In this document: in pieces, positions 1 to 8,753 of the stretch
How the letters are laid out: each line of letters opens with the position of its first letter
How positions within the stretch are numbered: position 1 is the stretch's first letter
Origin: an uncultured Acidobacteriaceae bacterium
GTDB taxonomy: Bacteria; Acidobacteriota; Terriglobia; Terriglobales; Acidobacteriaceae
Assembly: GCA_963715965.1 (NCBI GenBank)
Contig: CAVQSN010000001.1
Location: 809,736 to 873,735 of the forward strand
Reading direction: 5' to 3'
DNA length: 64,000 nucleotides
Program-made: the position numbers and the translations under genes
The notes under the pieces: model-generated
Databases searched by the model: none
Seen by the model: only the letters and a program-made list of their open reading frames with translations
Told to the model about the DNA's origin: nothing

Positions 1-1
1 A

Positions 2-193
2 TTCGATCCTTTCTATACGACCAAGCCCGTCGGCAAGGGCACTGGCCTCGGACTCAGCGCGACCTATGGCGTCATTCAGGACCACAAAGGCCAGATCAGC
101 TGTTACAACCGCCCTGAAGGCGGAGCCGCATTTGAAGTTCGCCTGCCCGCCCTCGAAGGCATTCCAACCCTTGCTGACGCAGCCCGCGCCTGA
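2..193 (+). CDS. sensor histidine kinase, C-terminal fragment (5' end outside window)
   Basis: Frame 2 reads FDPFYTTKPVGKGTGLGLSATYGVIQDHKGQISCYNRPEGGAAFEVRLPA, the G2 box/ATP lid of HATPase_c. TGA at 191-193. Confidence 0.85.
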   Translation, partial: FDPFYTTKPVGKGTGLGLSATYGVIQDHKGQISCYNRPEGGAAFEVRLPALEGIPTLADAARA

Positions 194-238
194 GCTTTAC
201 GCCCTTCGCTTCTCCGCCTCACTCCATCGCCCTCATCC

Positions 239-1960
239 CTATTGTTTCAAGGCGATGGTGTCTTGCGCGATCTGATCGAAAGTGGTGACCACGCGCGCGT
301 TCGCTTCGTAGCTGCGCTGCGCGACGATCAGATTGGCGAACTCGGTCGCGATATCGACGTTCGATTGTTCAAGCGCGCCGCCGGAAATGCTGCCCAGTCC
401 CCCGCTGGTGGGTGCGCCGACCGTGGGCTGCCCGGAAGCCAGGGTCGGCGTGAAATCGTTGTTGCCGTTGCGGGACAGGCCTTGCTCGTCGGCGAAGCTG
501 GCGAGCGCGATCTGGCCCACCACGGCGGTAGTCCCGTTGCTGAAGGATCCGGTAATTGTGCCGTTCGAACCGATGCTGAAGCTCTGAAGAGTGCCGCTGG
601 CGGCGCCGTTTTGTTGGATGGAGGTTGTACTGCTGGCAGCAGCCGTCTGCGTAATAAGCCCGCTTCCGGATGTATTGAACAGGTTCCAGGTAAACGTCAG
701 CGGATTCGCGCCATCGGCGAAGACGGAACCGGGAGTCGTGGTGGGTGGAACCGTGATGGTGGGGTTGGTGGTCGAAGCGCTGCCGTTTGCAGGTGTGACA
801 CTCTTCAGCGTGCCATCGCCGTTAAAAACCAGAGTGCCCGTGGCAAGCGAGACCGGAGCGGTGGCTCCGGAAACGTCGGCCGCGGGAATCGTCATGCCGT
901 AGCCCCATGTGTTGGTCACGGCAGGAACGGCGGGAACAGCGGCTGCGCCCCCCATAAGGTCCGCACCGGAAGCGGTCAGCGTGTCCCCGCCCGAAAGGGC
1001 GTACCCGTTGCCCACAGTGCCAGCCGTCGCCGCCGTCAAAGTGATTAGGCTCCCAGGAGTTGTGTCCGCTGCCGTGACTTCACCGTTGGCTACGGTGTCG
1101 GTCCCATACCCGGCCGTGCCCGGTGTGCCGTTGGTATCGGCGTAATTGCCGTTGATGGCATTGACCAGATTCGCCAGGGCGACGGTTGCACTCCCGCCAA
1201 TGAGTACCTGATTTGCAGTGGTAGGGGCGGTGAGGCTCGTTTCGAAGGTGTAAGTGGTGCCGCCGACCGTGACCGTGTCCCCACTACTGGGCGCGCTGCC
1301 GTTAGAGGTTAGCGTTCCGGTCGCCGGTTGGGCGGGAACGGCCGCGACTGCGGGGGAATCTTCATTGGTGAAGGTGAACGTGACCTCGTGGGCAGCCCCT
1401 AGAGAATCGTAGATGGTGGCTTGGGTTGAATAGGTGGTGCCGGGCGCATCCGTGGCGTCGAGATTCGAGGTCAGACTGACGTTGCTGGTTACCACCGCTG
1501 GACTGGCGATTCCGGCCCCAAGCGCAAGAGTGCTCAGTCCGGCGCTGGTGCTGATGACCCCATTCGTTGCGGCGTATCCCATGACCGTTTGACCGTCGGA
1601 GGTCTCGAGCAAGTTGTTGGTCCCGACTTCGAAATTACCCGCGCGCGTGTAACTCTGCACTCCGTCCTGTTGCACCACGAAGAAGCCATTGCCATTGATC
1701 GCGCAATCGGTGTCGATGCCGGTCGCGGTCACGTCACCCTCGGTGAAGTCGGAGGGTTGGGCGCTGATCTGCACTCCCGCGCCCTGCTGGATCGGATCAC
1801 CCGCCCCGTCCGAACCCAGGTTCTGGTAGAAGAGATCGGAGAATTGGATCTGCTGATCTTTGTAACCGACAGTGTTGAGGTTGGCCAGATTGTTGGCGGT
1901 AGTCGCCAGAGCGGCGGAACTGGCGTCCAATCCGGAAAGGGGTACTGAGAAATTCGGCAT
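239..1960 (-). CDS. flgE: flagellar hook protein FlgE
   Basis: 573-aa ORF. N-terminal rod/hook motif ANNLANLNTVGYK, C-terminal NVDIATEFANLIVAQRSYEANARV. AAGGAG SD upstream of the ATG. Confidence 0.93.
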   Translation of the reverse strand: MPNFSVPLSGLDASSAALATTANNLANLNTVGYKDQQIQFSDLFYQNLGSDGAGDPIQQGAGVQISAQPSDFTEGDVTATGIDTDCAINGNGFFVVQQDGVQSYTRAGNFEVGTNNLLETSDGQTVMGYAATNGVISTSAGLSTLALGAGIASPAVVTSNVSLTSNLDATDAPGTTYSTQATIYDSLGAAHEVTFTFTNEDSPAVAAVPAQPATGTLTSNGSAPSSGDTVTVGGTTYTFETSLTAPTTANQVLIGGSATVALANLVNAINGNYADTNGTPGTAGYGTDTVANGEVTAADTTPGSLITLTAATAGTVGNGYALSGGDTLTASGADLMGGAAAVPAVPAVTNTWGYGMTIPAADVSGATAPVSLATGTLVFNGDGTLKSVTPANGSASTTNPTITVPPTTTPGSVFADGANPLTFTWNLFNTSGSGLITQTAAASSTTSIQQNGAASGTLQSFSIGSNGTITGSFSNGTTAVVGQIALASFADEQGLSRNGNNDFTPTLASGQPTVGAPTSGGLGSISGGALEQSNVDIATEFANLIVAQRSYEANARVVTTFDQIAQDTIALKQ

Positions 1961-2041
1961 ACAAGCTCCTTAGTGAAACGTGGGATTGATCGTTGAACTG
2001 GACATCGGACTGGCACTGCTTTTGACGCCGGAAGCCGAACT

Positions 2042-2368
2042 TTATGCGCCCCCGACGTCGTTTACCAGCGTCTGCATCAGCGATTGGATCTGGGTGAGTT
2101 CGCCAAGCGAGTCGAACGTCGCTAACTGCGTCACGAACTGGTTGGGATCGACCGGGTTCATTGGGCTCTGGTTTTCCAGCTGTGTCGACAGCAATTGCAA
2201 GAACGTATTGGTTAGATCCACGCCGTTGTCCGTGGACGAAGACGAAGACGTGGAGGAAGAACCAGCAGATGAAGAAGAAGACGTCGCCCCCGATCCTGAC
2301 GCGGCATTTGATCGGGACGCGGCGTGAGTGGAGGTATTAGCGAGCATTTGCAATAGCGAGATGGACAT
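2042..2368 (-). CDS. flgD: flagellar hook-capping protein FlgD, short form with N-terminal domain only
   Basis: 108 aa. FLQLLSTQLENQSPMNPVDPNQFVTQLATFDSL matches the FlgD N-terminal motif. AGGAGG SD overlaps the fliK stop. Sits between fliK and flgE. Confidence 0.8.
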   Translation of the reverse strand: MSISLLQMLANTSTHAASRSNAASGSGATSSSSSAGSSSTSSSSSTDNGVDLTNTFLQLLSTQLENQSPMNPVDPNQFVTQLATFDSLGELTQIQSLMQTLVNDVGGA

Positions 2369-2380
2369 GATTTTTCCCTC

Positions 2381-4936
2381 CTAAACGTGAATGCTTACGT
2401 GGTTGCTCCCCGATCCGGCCGGCAGGTCGGATGGAACAGTGTCAGCGAGCGCGGACGGCGATGAGACGTCCTCTTCGACGGAAACAGCGCCCGCCATGCC
2501 AGCGGATTGCGAACCGGGTGTCTGCGAAAAACTTTGCCGCGGCTGGCCTTGCGAAAATCCCGTCGCCGTCTGAACGCCGGAGCGTCCGTGATCGAAATGG
2601 ACGCCCGTGAGGTTCAAGTGGCTTTGATTCAGTCCCGATTCCAGGCCCGGAACCTCGGAACTGAACCAGCGAGAGATATCCCGGTCGGCGTGCACCGTGA
2701 TCCCCACCTGGCTTTGTTGTACGACGGTATGAATCTCAACCGCGCCAAAAGAATCGGTGCGGACGCCCACGTGCATCTGGCCATTCATCTGCAAATCGGC
2801 CGCAACTCCCGGCGCGATCGGCATGGAAAGCGTCGAAACCGGGGCGGGCGCGGAGTCCAGCATCTGATGAGTCTGCGGAAGCGCTGGAACGGCAGTGGAA
2901 CTGACTTGGTCCGGGGGCAAGGAGGTCGGGGGAGCAGACGCGATCAGCGTAGGCGAGGAGTCCTTTCCGGAGGCCGGCGCAACGGAAGTGGCTTGCTGTG
3001 CTGCGATTCCGGGGGCGGCCGCGGGTGATGAAGCGGCTGGTACCGAAATATCCGACGACGCGACGGAATTAGGCTGGTTTACCGCCGTTGATTTCTTATC
3101 TCCTGCTGCGGTTGCAGTTCCTGAGCCAACTTTCGCGTTGCCAGCCATATCGTTGGTCGCTGGCGTCGCCGCGGACGGGACGGCTGGCATTGCTCCGGCA
3201 GGGTTGGAATCGGTCGCAAGGTTCGAAATCACAGGGCGCGGGGGCATGAGATTCGAAGCAACGGCTGACGCATCGCCTTTAACGGCCTGACTGTGCGTGT
3301 CTTGGACAGGACTATCTGCCGTCGAAAATTCAGTTTCCGTCGTGCTCGCCGATGCTGGCTCCGCCATCGTGACATTGGAAATACGTGACTGGATCGAGAC
3401 ATCCCGACGATTGAAATCGGGCGCCGGGGCCGATTGTTGTGCGGCAGGCTGGCGCGTTCCCACGTTCACTGGCACGGAACTGACCAGAACGTCGCTGCAA
3501 TGCGAAGCAACCTGAGCCTCGGCCACGGACGCGCAACGATCGGCGCTGGCCGCTCGCTCCAGCGTTGTAACCAATTCCGGCGAGGCCGACGATCCCGGCT
3601 GGAGGTTGAAGCCCGAGTTCGTGGACCGACCCGAAGCCAGTCCCTGCTCCGGCAAAGGCACGGGCTCGGCGGAAGAGCTATCTGGCGAGGTTGTGGCCGC
3701 GGTTTGCCCCTGTTGTGTCACTGAGGTTGCCGCTTCTTTTGCATTCGGAGTCCGCAGTTCGTTGTGATCGAGAGGCAGCGCGCGGGAAACCGCAACCGGG
3801 ATTGTCGACGACTCTGCATACTCATTCGTTCGTAGAGCGCCAGATCGCGAAGACGCCGGAACCGCAGGCGGCGCTGTTGCCGGCGAAGCTTGCGCTGCGA
3901 AATTCAGTGATGATCCCGAAACGCCGTCAGCGGATCCTCCCACGTCTGCCGGACGGTCTCCCGACTGCTGACCCGCTTCGATTCGAAAAGCAGTACTTTC
4001 GCGCGAGTCGGCTCGATTCGAGCCGGAAGCATTCGTCTCGAATGCTTTGCTCGGAGCGGCAGCCGCACCGTTTGTTTGCGCAGTGGATTCCTCTGGCGGC
4101 GGCTCGAGAAACGATGCGGAACCGGCAACCTTCGATGACCCTGGTCCCGAGGCCACTTCCTTCAAAGAACAGTCCTGCGCTACACCCGCAAGGGAGGACG
4201 CGGACACGAATGGCGTGGACACCCCAGGCGCGGTTCCTCTCGCGTTGCCTGCATTGACCACCAATTTGCCGTCAGCGGTCGAAAGGGTCGGAAGAGTTGC
4301 GGAAGCTATATTAGGAGCCGCCATCGCGGCACCAGCGTTGGTTCCCGATTGCTCCACGAGCGGTTGCAGATTGGACGCGGAATCGCCTGGGCCAGGCACA
4401 GTAGTCGAGATTCCCAATTTCTCGGACACCACGAGAGCCGGCGCAACTAGCGCCGAAGGCGCTGGCGCTGCGAACTGGGCTGCAGAAAGCGACGACACGG
4501 AACGTGCGAGTCCGGAAGCGTTCGAAGAACCGCCAGCCGGCTTGGCCTCGGATGCACCGGCATACATCGCGATCAGATTCGACACATTAGCCTTGATGTC
4601 TCTGCTGGCGCTATCGGATGAAGAAGTACTTGGCTTGGAAATGAATTTGGAATCGACGTTGGTGGCGGGCTTAGTCTGATCGCGAGTTGTGCTGTCACGA
4701 ACGGTCGCGCCAGACTTGGCCGCATCAAGCTTGGGCGAGTGCTCGGAATCGGATCTTGCGACCATAGGGCCCAAGCCCAAATGGTCCGGGCCGAATTGAC
4801 TGGGAGCATGAGCTGGCTCGGAACTCGGCATGGACGAAGCCAGCGTCGCGCCAAAGCTCGACGCTGCGCATGACGAAGACCGAGCCAATGCAGCAGCGGT
4901 TGGTACTGTCGAAATCGGAATTGCGTCTACCTGCAT
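2381..4936 (-). CDS. fliK: flagellar hook-length control protein FliK, unusually long and Ser/Ala/Pro-rich
   Basis: C-terminal FliK-like domain (GVRTDSFGAVEIHTVVQQSQVGITVHADRD...). Sits between fliJ and flgD. ATG at 4936 has a GGTGA SD. The ORF track extends to a GTG at 4996 that has no SD. Confidence 0.75.
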   Translation of the reverse strand: MQVDAIPISTVPTAAALARSSSCAASSFGATLASSMPSSEPAHAPSQFGPDHLGLGPMVARSDSEHSPKLDAAKSGATVRDSTTRDQTKPATNVDSKFISKPSTSSSDSASRDIKANVSNLIAMYAGASEAKPAGGSSNASGLARSVSSLSAAQFAAPAPSALVAPALVVSEKLGISTTVPGPGDSASNLQPLVEQSGTNAGAAMAAPNIASATLPTLSTADGKLVVNAGNARGTAPGVSTPFVSASSLAGVAQDCSLKEVASGPGSSKVAGSASFLEPPPEESTAQTNGAAAAPSKAFETNASGSNRADSRESTAFRIEAGQQSGDRPADVGGSADGVSGSSLNFAAQASPATAPPAVPASSRSGALRTNEYAESSTIPVAVSRALPLDHNELRTPNAKEAATSVTQQGQTAATTSPDSSSAEPVPLPEQGLASGRSTNSGFNLQPGSSASPELVTTLERAASADRCASVAEAQVASHCSDVLVSSVPVNVGTRQPAAQQSAPAPDFNRRDVSIQSRISNVTMAEPASASTTETEFSTADSPVQDTHSQAVKGDASAVASNLMPPRPVISNLATDSNPAGAMPAVPSAATPATNDMAGNAKVGSGTATAAGDKKSTAVNQPNSVASSDISVPAASSPAAAPGIAAQQATSVAPASGKDSSPTLIASAPPTSLPPDQVSSTAVPALPQTHQMLDSAPAPVSTLSMPIAPGVAADLQMNGQMHVGVRTDSFGAVEIHTVVQQSQVGITVHADRDISRWFSSEVPGLESGLNQSHLNLTGVHFDHGRSGVQTATGFSQGQPRQSFSQTPGSQSAGMAGAVSVEEDVSSPSALADTVPSDLPAGSGSNHVSIHV

Positions 4937-5154
4937 CGGAGTATCACCACGATCATTTGCATTCCAGGAGCCAATAGCTGAGAGCCGGAGCCGCACGGAG
5001 TGGCGGGGCAGCGAGGTTCAAATTTCAGCGACTTACAAAAGTGATTCGCTGGTGAAGCTGGTAGCATGCCGGTCAACTTTAGAGTTGCGGCAATCGTTGC
5101 CGGGCCATCCCGGCAAAATCCGCCGCTTTCCATGGAACGATGCAGTTGCGATTT

Positions 5155-5598
5155 CTAGCCGCGGCGATGCCAGCGTTGCAGCAGGTGCGCCGCATCCAGC
5201 TCTTGTTGCTCTTGTCGCGATTGTTCCTGTTCGTAAGTGCGGCGTTGACGCGCCCGCATGCTCTCGAGGATTTCGCGCTCGCGATAAGCCTGATGGTATT
5301 CGCCAACCGCTTTCTGGCGCACCCCTTCGAGCCGGCGAAGATCAGCCCGCAGTTCGCGCTGTACGCGCAGCAGATTTTCGCGCAGGGCCAGAGTGAACTG
5401 GAGTTCGGCGGCCGAGCGCCCGCCTCTCCACCCCTCGGCCTCCGCCCGATCGGAGGCGCGGAGGTAGCGCTCCAGTTGCGCCATTGCGTCCTGGGCGCGG
5501 GCCACCTCGAGATTTGCCTTCTGCAAAACGAGAATTCGCTGCCGCTCAAGGCTTCGCCGGAGACGGAGCAACGGATCGAGAGCAAAACGGAAAGACAT
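5155..5598 (-). CDS. fliJ: flagellar export chaperone FliJ
   Basis: 147-aa coiled-coil, Arg/Glu/Leu-rich protein immediately downstream of fliI. Confidence 0.8.
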   Translation of the reverse strand: MSFRFALDPLLRLRRSLERQRILVLQKANLEVARAQDAMAQLERYLRASDRAEAEGWRGGRSAAELQFTLALRENLLRVQRELRADLRRLEGVRQKAVGEYHQAYREREILESMRARQRRTYEQEQSRQEQQELDAAHLLQRWHRRG

Positions 5599-5653
5599 GA
5601 CTTCAAAAGCTCGGGAACACCGTGTTAGAGAACTTTCTTCAGAACATCGCGTT

Positions 5654-6994
5654 TCATGCCGGAAGCACCATAAGTCGATCCAGCGAATCTTTCATCCCCG
5701 CCACATCCTGCACCGGCTGCATCAGGTATTCGCGCAGCGCGGGCATAAGCGCGATGGCGCCATCCAGTTCAGGATCGCTGCTCTTCTGGTAGGCCCCGAT
5801 CCGAATCAGCTCTTCCGAGGCCTTATAGGTAGCCATCAGGCGGCGAATCGCGTTGGCCTTCGCCAGATGACTCGCGGAGACCACTGCCGGCATGATCCGG
5901 CTGATGCTGTCAAGAATTGAAATGGGCGGATAGTGGCTCTGCGCAGCCAGCCTACGGTCGAGCATGACATGGCCGTCGAGCAACGAGCGGGCGGCGTCGA
6001 CAAGAGGATCGTTCTGGTCGTCCCCTTCCATGAGCACGGTATAGAAGCCGGTGATCGTGCCGGAGCCAAAAGCGCCCGCGCGTTCGATCAGGCGGGCAAG
6101 CAGAGTGAAGACCGAAGGCGTGTAGCCTTTGGCGGTAGGCGGTTCGCCCGCCGCCAGTCCAATCTCGCGTTGCGCCATGGCGAGGCGGGTTAGCGAATCG
6201 ACCACCAGCAGAACCTGCTTGCCGTGAGCGCAAAAATATTCCGCGATCGTCGCCGCGGCAAGGCCAGCCCGGATGCGGAGCAGCGGATCCTGATCGGAAG
6301 TGGAGACGACTACCACCGAACGCCTGCGTCCCGCTTCGCCGAGCGATTCGAGCAGTTCTCCTACTTCGCGTCCGCGCTCGCCGATCAACCCGAGCACGGT
6401 CAGGTCGGCGCTGGTGTTGCGGGCCATCATGCCGATCAGTGTGCTCTTGCCCACCCCACTGCCGCCAAAGATGCCTACGCGCTGCCCGCGTCCGCAGGTA
6501 AGAAATGCGTCAATCGCTCGAATGCCGCAGCCGAGCGCTTCACGGATGGGAGTGCGTTCGAGCGCCAGCGGCGCTTCGCGATCGAGCGCCGAGCGCTCGC
6601 GGCAAGCTGGCGCGGGCAGGCCGTCGATGGGCGCTCCCGCGCCATCGAGCACCCGCCCCAGCAGTTGATCGCTCAAGCGTAGTGAAGGGCGTCGTCCCCA
6701 CACGACCACCTGGTCGCCATAGCGAATTCCCGTCGGGCGGCGCAGAGCCATGGAAAGAACAATATGGCCCCGGAAACCCACGATTTCTCCCGGCCAGTGC
6801 AATCCGCCGGAATCGATAATTTCGCAGGCCTCGCCCACGGTGCAAAACGGCCCCTCGGATTCCACCAATTGCCCGACCACCTGGATCACTCGGCCACGCC
6901 AGCGCAAAGCGGAAGAGTGCTCGAGATGATTGAAATATGCAGATAGTATCGGCGAAGTGGCTGCGTCACGACGCAGATGATCCGTTGCGGTCAT
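5654..6994 (-). CDS. fliI: flagellum-specific ATPase FliI
   Basis: 446 aa. Walker A GGSGVGKSTL. F1/T3SS-ATPase-like throughout. Confidence 0.95.
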   Translation of the reverse strand: MTATDHLRRDAATSPILSAYFNHLEHSSALRWRGRVIQVVGQLVESEGPFCTVGEACEIIDSGGLHWPGEIVGFRGHIVLSMALRRPTGIRYGDQVVVWGRRPSLRLSDQLLGRVLDGAGAPIDGLPAPACRERSALDREAPLALERTPIREALGCGIRAIDAFLTCGRGQRVGIFGGSGVGKSTLIGMMARNTSADLTVLGLIGERGREVGELLESLGEAGRRRSVVVVSTSDQDPLLRIRAGLAAATIAEYFCAHGKQVLLVVDSLTRLAMAQREIGLAAGEPPTAKGYTPSVFTLLARLIERAGAFGSGTITGFYTVLMEGDDQNDPLVDAARSLLDGHVMLDRRLAAQSHYPPISILDSISRIMPAVVSASHLAKANAIRRLMATYKASEELIRIGAYQKSSDPELDGAIALMPALREYLMQPVQDVAGMKDSLDRLMVLPA

Positions 6995-6995
6995 T

Positions 6996-7679
6996 TCAGC
7001 GATTCCCCGGCTTGCGATTCGCGGTCACGGAATTGGCCGGGGAACCCGAGGACGCGCCTGGCCTTTCGGCGAGCAGATCAAGTAATCCCGTTTCAATTTC
7101 CTTGAGCTGCGTGGCCAGACCGATTTCGGTCGCGCCGAGCGAGGTTTCGATACGGCATTCTCCCGGAGCCAGCGCCGGATCTTCGCGAATCTCCGGCGCG
7201 GGCATGTCTTCCGCCTGGCAGGCGAAATAGCGCCTCCAGTCGGCGGCTTCCTGCGAGTGGACCAGCAGTTTCACACGGGTGCCGGCATCGAGTTTCTCGA
7301 GCGTTACCCGGACAATGCCGGCCAGAACCTGCGGATCGATCTGCACTTCGCGATGCAGGATCTTGCGTGCGATCGCCAGCGCCAGTTCCACGACTTCACC
7401 TTCGATGCGGCGATAGTAGTCGTGCCGCTCCACCGCGAACTGATCGAGGGCCCGTCCAATCTCGCCGCGATTCTTGGCAAGGGCGGCATCGAGTTCGCTT
7501 CGAACCTGCTGCTGTCCGGCTTGCCTTCCCTGTTCGAAGACTTCAGCGTGCTGGCGTTTGAGTCGCTCCGCGTCCGGCTGGCCCGCCACGGATGCGCTGC
7601 CCGAGCCTCCCCTGGCATCGTCATAGGCAAAGGGCGAGACCTCTTGAACCGGTTGCCGCCGGGGGGCGCTAGACGACAT
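6996..7679 (-). CDS. fliH: flagellar assembly protein FliH
   Basis: 227 aa between fliG and fliI. Charged coiled-coil N-terminus plus FliH-like C-terminus. Overlaps the fliG stop. Confidence 0.8.
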   Translation of the reverse strand: MSSSAPRRQPVQEVSPFAYDDARGGSGSASVAGQPDAERLKRQHAEVFEQGRQAGQQQVRSELDAALAKNRGEIGRALDQFAVERHDYYRRIEGEVVELALAIARKILHREVQIDPQVLAGIVRVTLEKLDAGTRVKLLVHSQEAADWRRYFACQAEDMPAPEIREDPALAPGECRIETSLGATEIGLATQLKEIETGLLDLLAERPGASSGSPANSVTANRKPGNR

Positions 7680-8685
7680 ACTCCTCCTGCGACTCCGCGC
7701 TCAGAACGAGCTTGCCCTCGGCTTCCAGACGCCGCGCCACATCGACGATTTCGCGCTGCGCCTGATTCACGTCCTTGGCCCGCACCGCCCCCAGAACCTC
7801 CATGTCTTCTTTCAGCATGTCGACGGCGCGCGACGACATGGACTTGAAGACCAGATTCTTGAGTTCTTCGCTGGCGCCGCGCAACGACATTGCCAACGTC
7901 TTTTTGTCGAGTTGACCGAGCAGTTCCCGGATGCCGGCTTCGGGCACCCCCAGCAGGTCCTCAAACGTAAACATCAGGTTGCGAATGCCGAGCGCCATCT
8001 TGGGATCGTCTTTTTCGATCGTCTCCAGGATGCTTTTGCTCTTGATCGGCTCCAGCTGGTTCAGCAGCTCGGCGGCTCCCTTCAGTCCCGCATAAGCGCG
8101 CCGGCTCTGTTCGCCGATGGATTCCAGTTGCTTGTTCAGCGCCAGCGCAACCTTCTCGGCGACCTCGGGAGAAAACTGCCGCAATTGCGCGAGGCGCTTG
8201 ACGGTGTCGGCGCGAACCTCCTCGGGCAGGCGCAACAGCAACGTAGAGGCCTGGCGCGCGTTCAGGTGCGCCAGGATGAGGGCGATGGTTTGCGGGTGCT
8301 CGACTTCGAGAAACTTGGCCAGCTGCTGCGGATCGGCGTCCTGCAGGCTTTCCAGGTGCACGGCATTCTGGTCCATCGAGTTGGCAACTTGATCGAGCAA
8401 GCGCTTGGCGGCAGCTTCACCGAAGGCCTTGACCAGCAACTTCTGAGCATAATCGGCGCCACCGCTGGCGAGGTAGCCCTGGGTGACCGTGAGCTGGTGA
8501 TACTCCTCGAGCACGGCAATTGCGGTCTCCGGCTTGAACCGCTCGAGTTCCGCAATCCGCCGCGTCAGGCGATGCACATCGTTCTCGGGCAGGTTGCGGT
8601 AGATGTGGCTGGCGGCTTCCTCGCCCAGCACCACCATCAGAATGGCCGCTTTCTGCAACCCCGGATTAGGAACGACAGTCGACAT
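7669..8685 (-). CDS. fliG: flagellar motor switch protein FliG
   Basis: 338 aa. AAILMVVLGEE N-terminus, MFTFEDL and C-terminal torque-helix region. Confidence 0.95.
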   Translation of the reverse strand: MSTVVPNPGLQKAAILMVVLGEEAASHIYRNLPENDVHRLTRRIAELERFKPETAIAVLEEYHQLTVTQGYLASGGADYAQKLLVKAFGEAAAKRLLDQVANSMDQNAVHLESLQDADPQQLAKFLEVEHPQTIALILAHLNARQASTLLLRLPEEVRADTVKRLAQLRQFSPEVAEKVALALNKQLESIGEQSRRAYAGLKGAAELLNQLEPIKSKSILETIEKDDPKMALGIRNLMFTFEDLLGVPEAGIRELLGQLDKKTLAMSLRGASEELKNLVFKSMSSRAVDMLKEDMEVLGAVRAKDVNQAQREIVDVARRLEAEGKLVLSAESQEEYVV

Positions 8686-8753
8686 GGTCGATCATCTGGC
8701 TTCGCGCGCCCGCGCGGCCTTTGCTTCCTGTGTTTTCCCTTACGCCGCTTCCG

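Noticed and set aside
2011-2026. Plus-strand TGGCAC-N5-TTGAC in the flgD-flgE spacer, which resembles a sigma-54 -24/-12 element
   Set aside because: It is on the strand opposite to every gene in the region. The -12 element reads TTGA rather than TTGC, and no plus-strand gene lies downstream. Probably a chance match.
5056-5071. Minus-strand CGGCATGCTACCAGCT upstream of fliK as a possible sigma-54 promoter
   Set aside because: Only the GG and GC dinucleotides and two further bases match the consensus. Matches of that quality are expected by chance in GC-rich DNA. It is mentioned under the fliE promoter finding but is not called as a feature.
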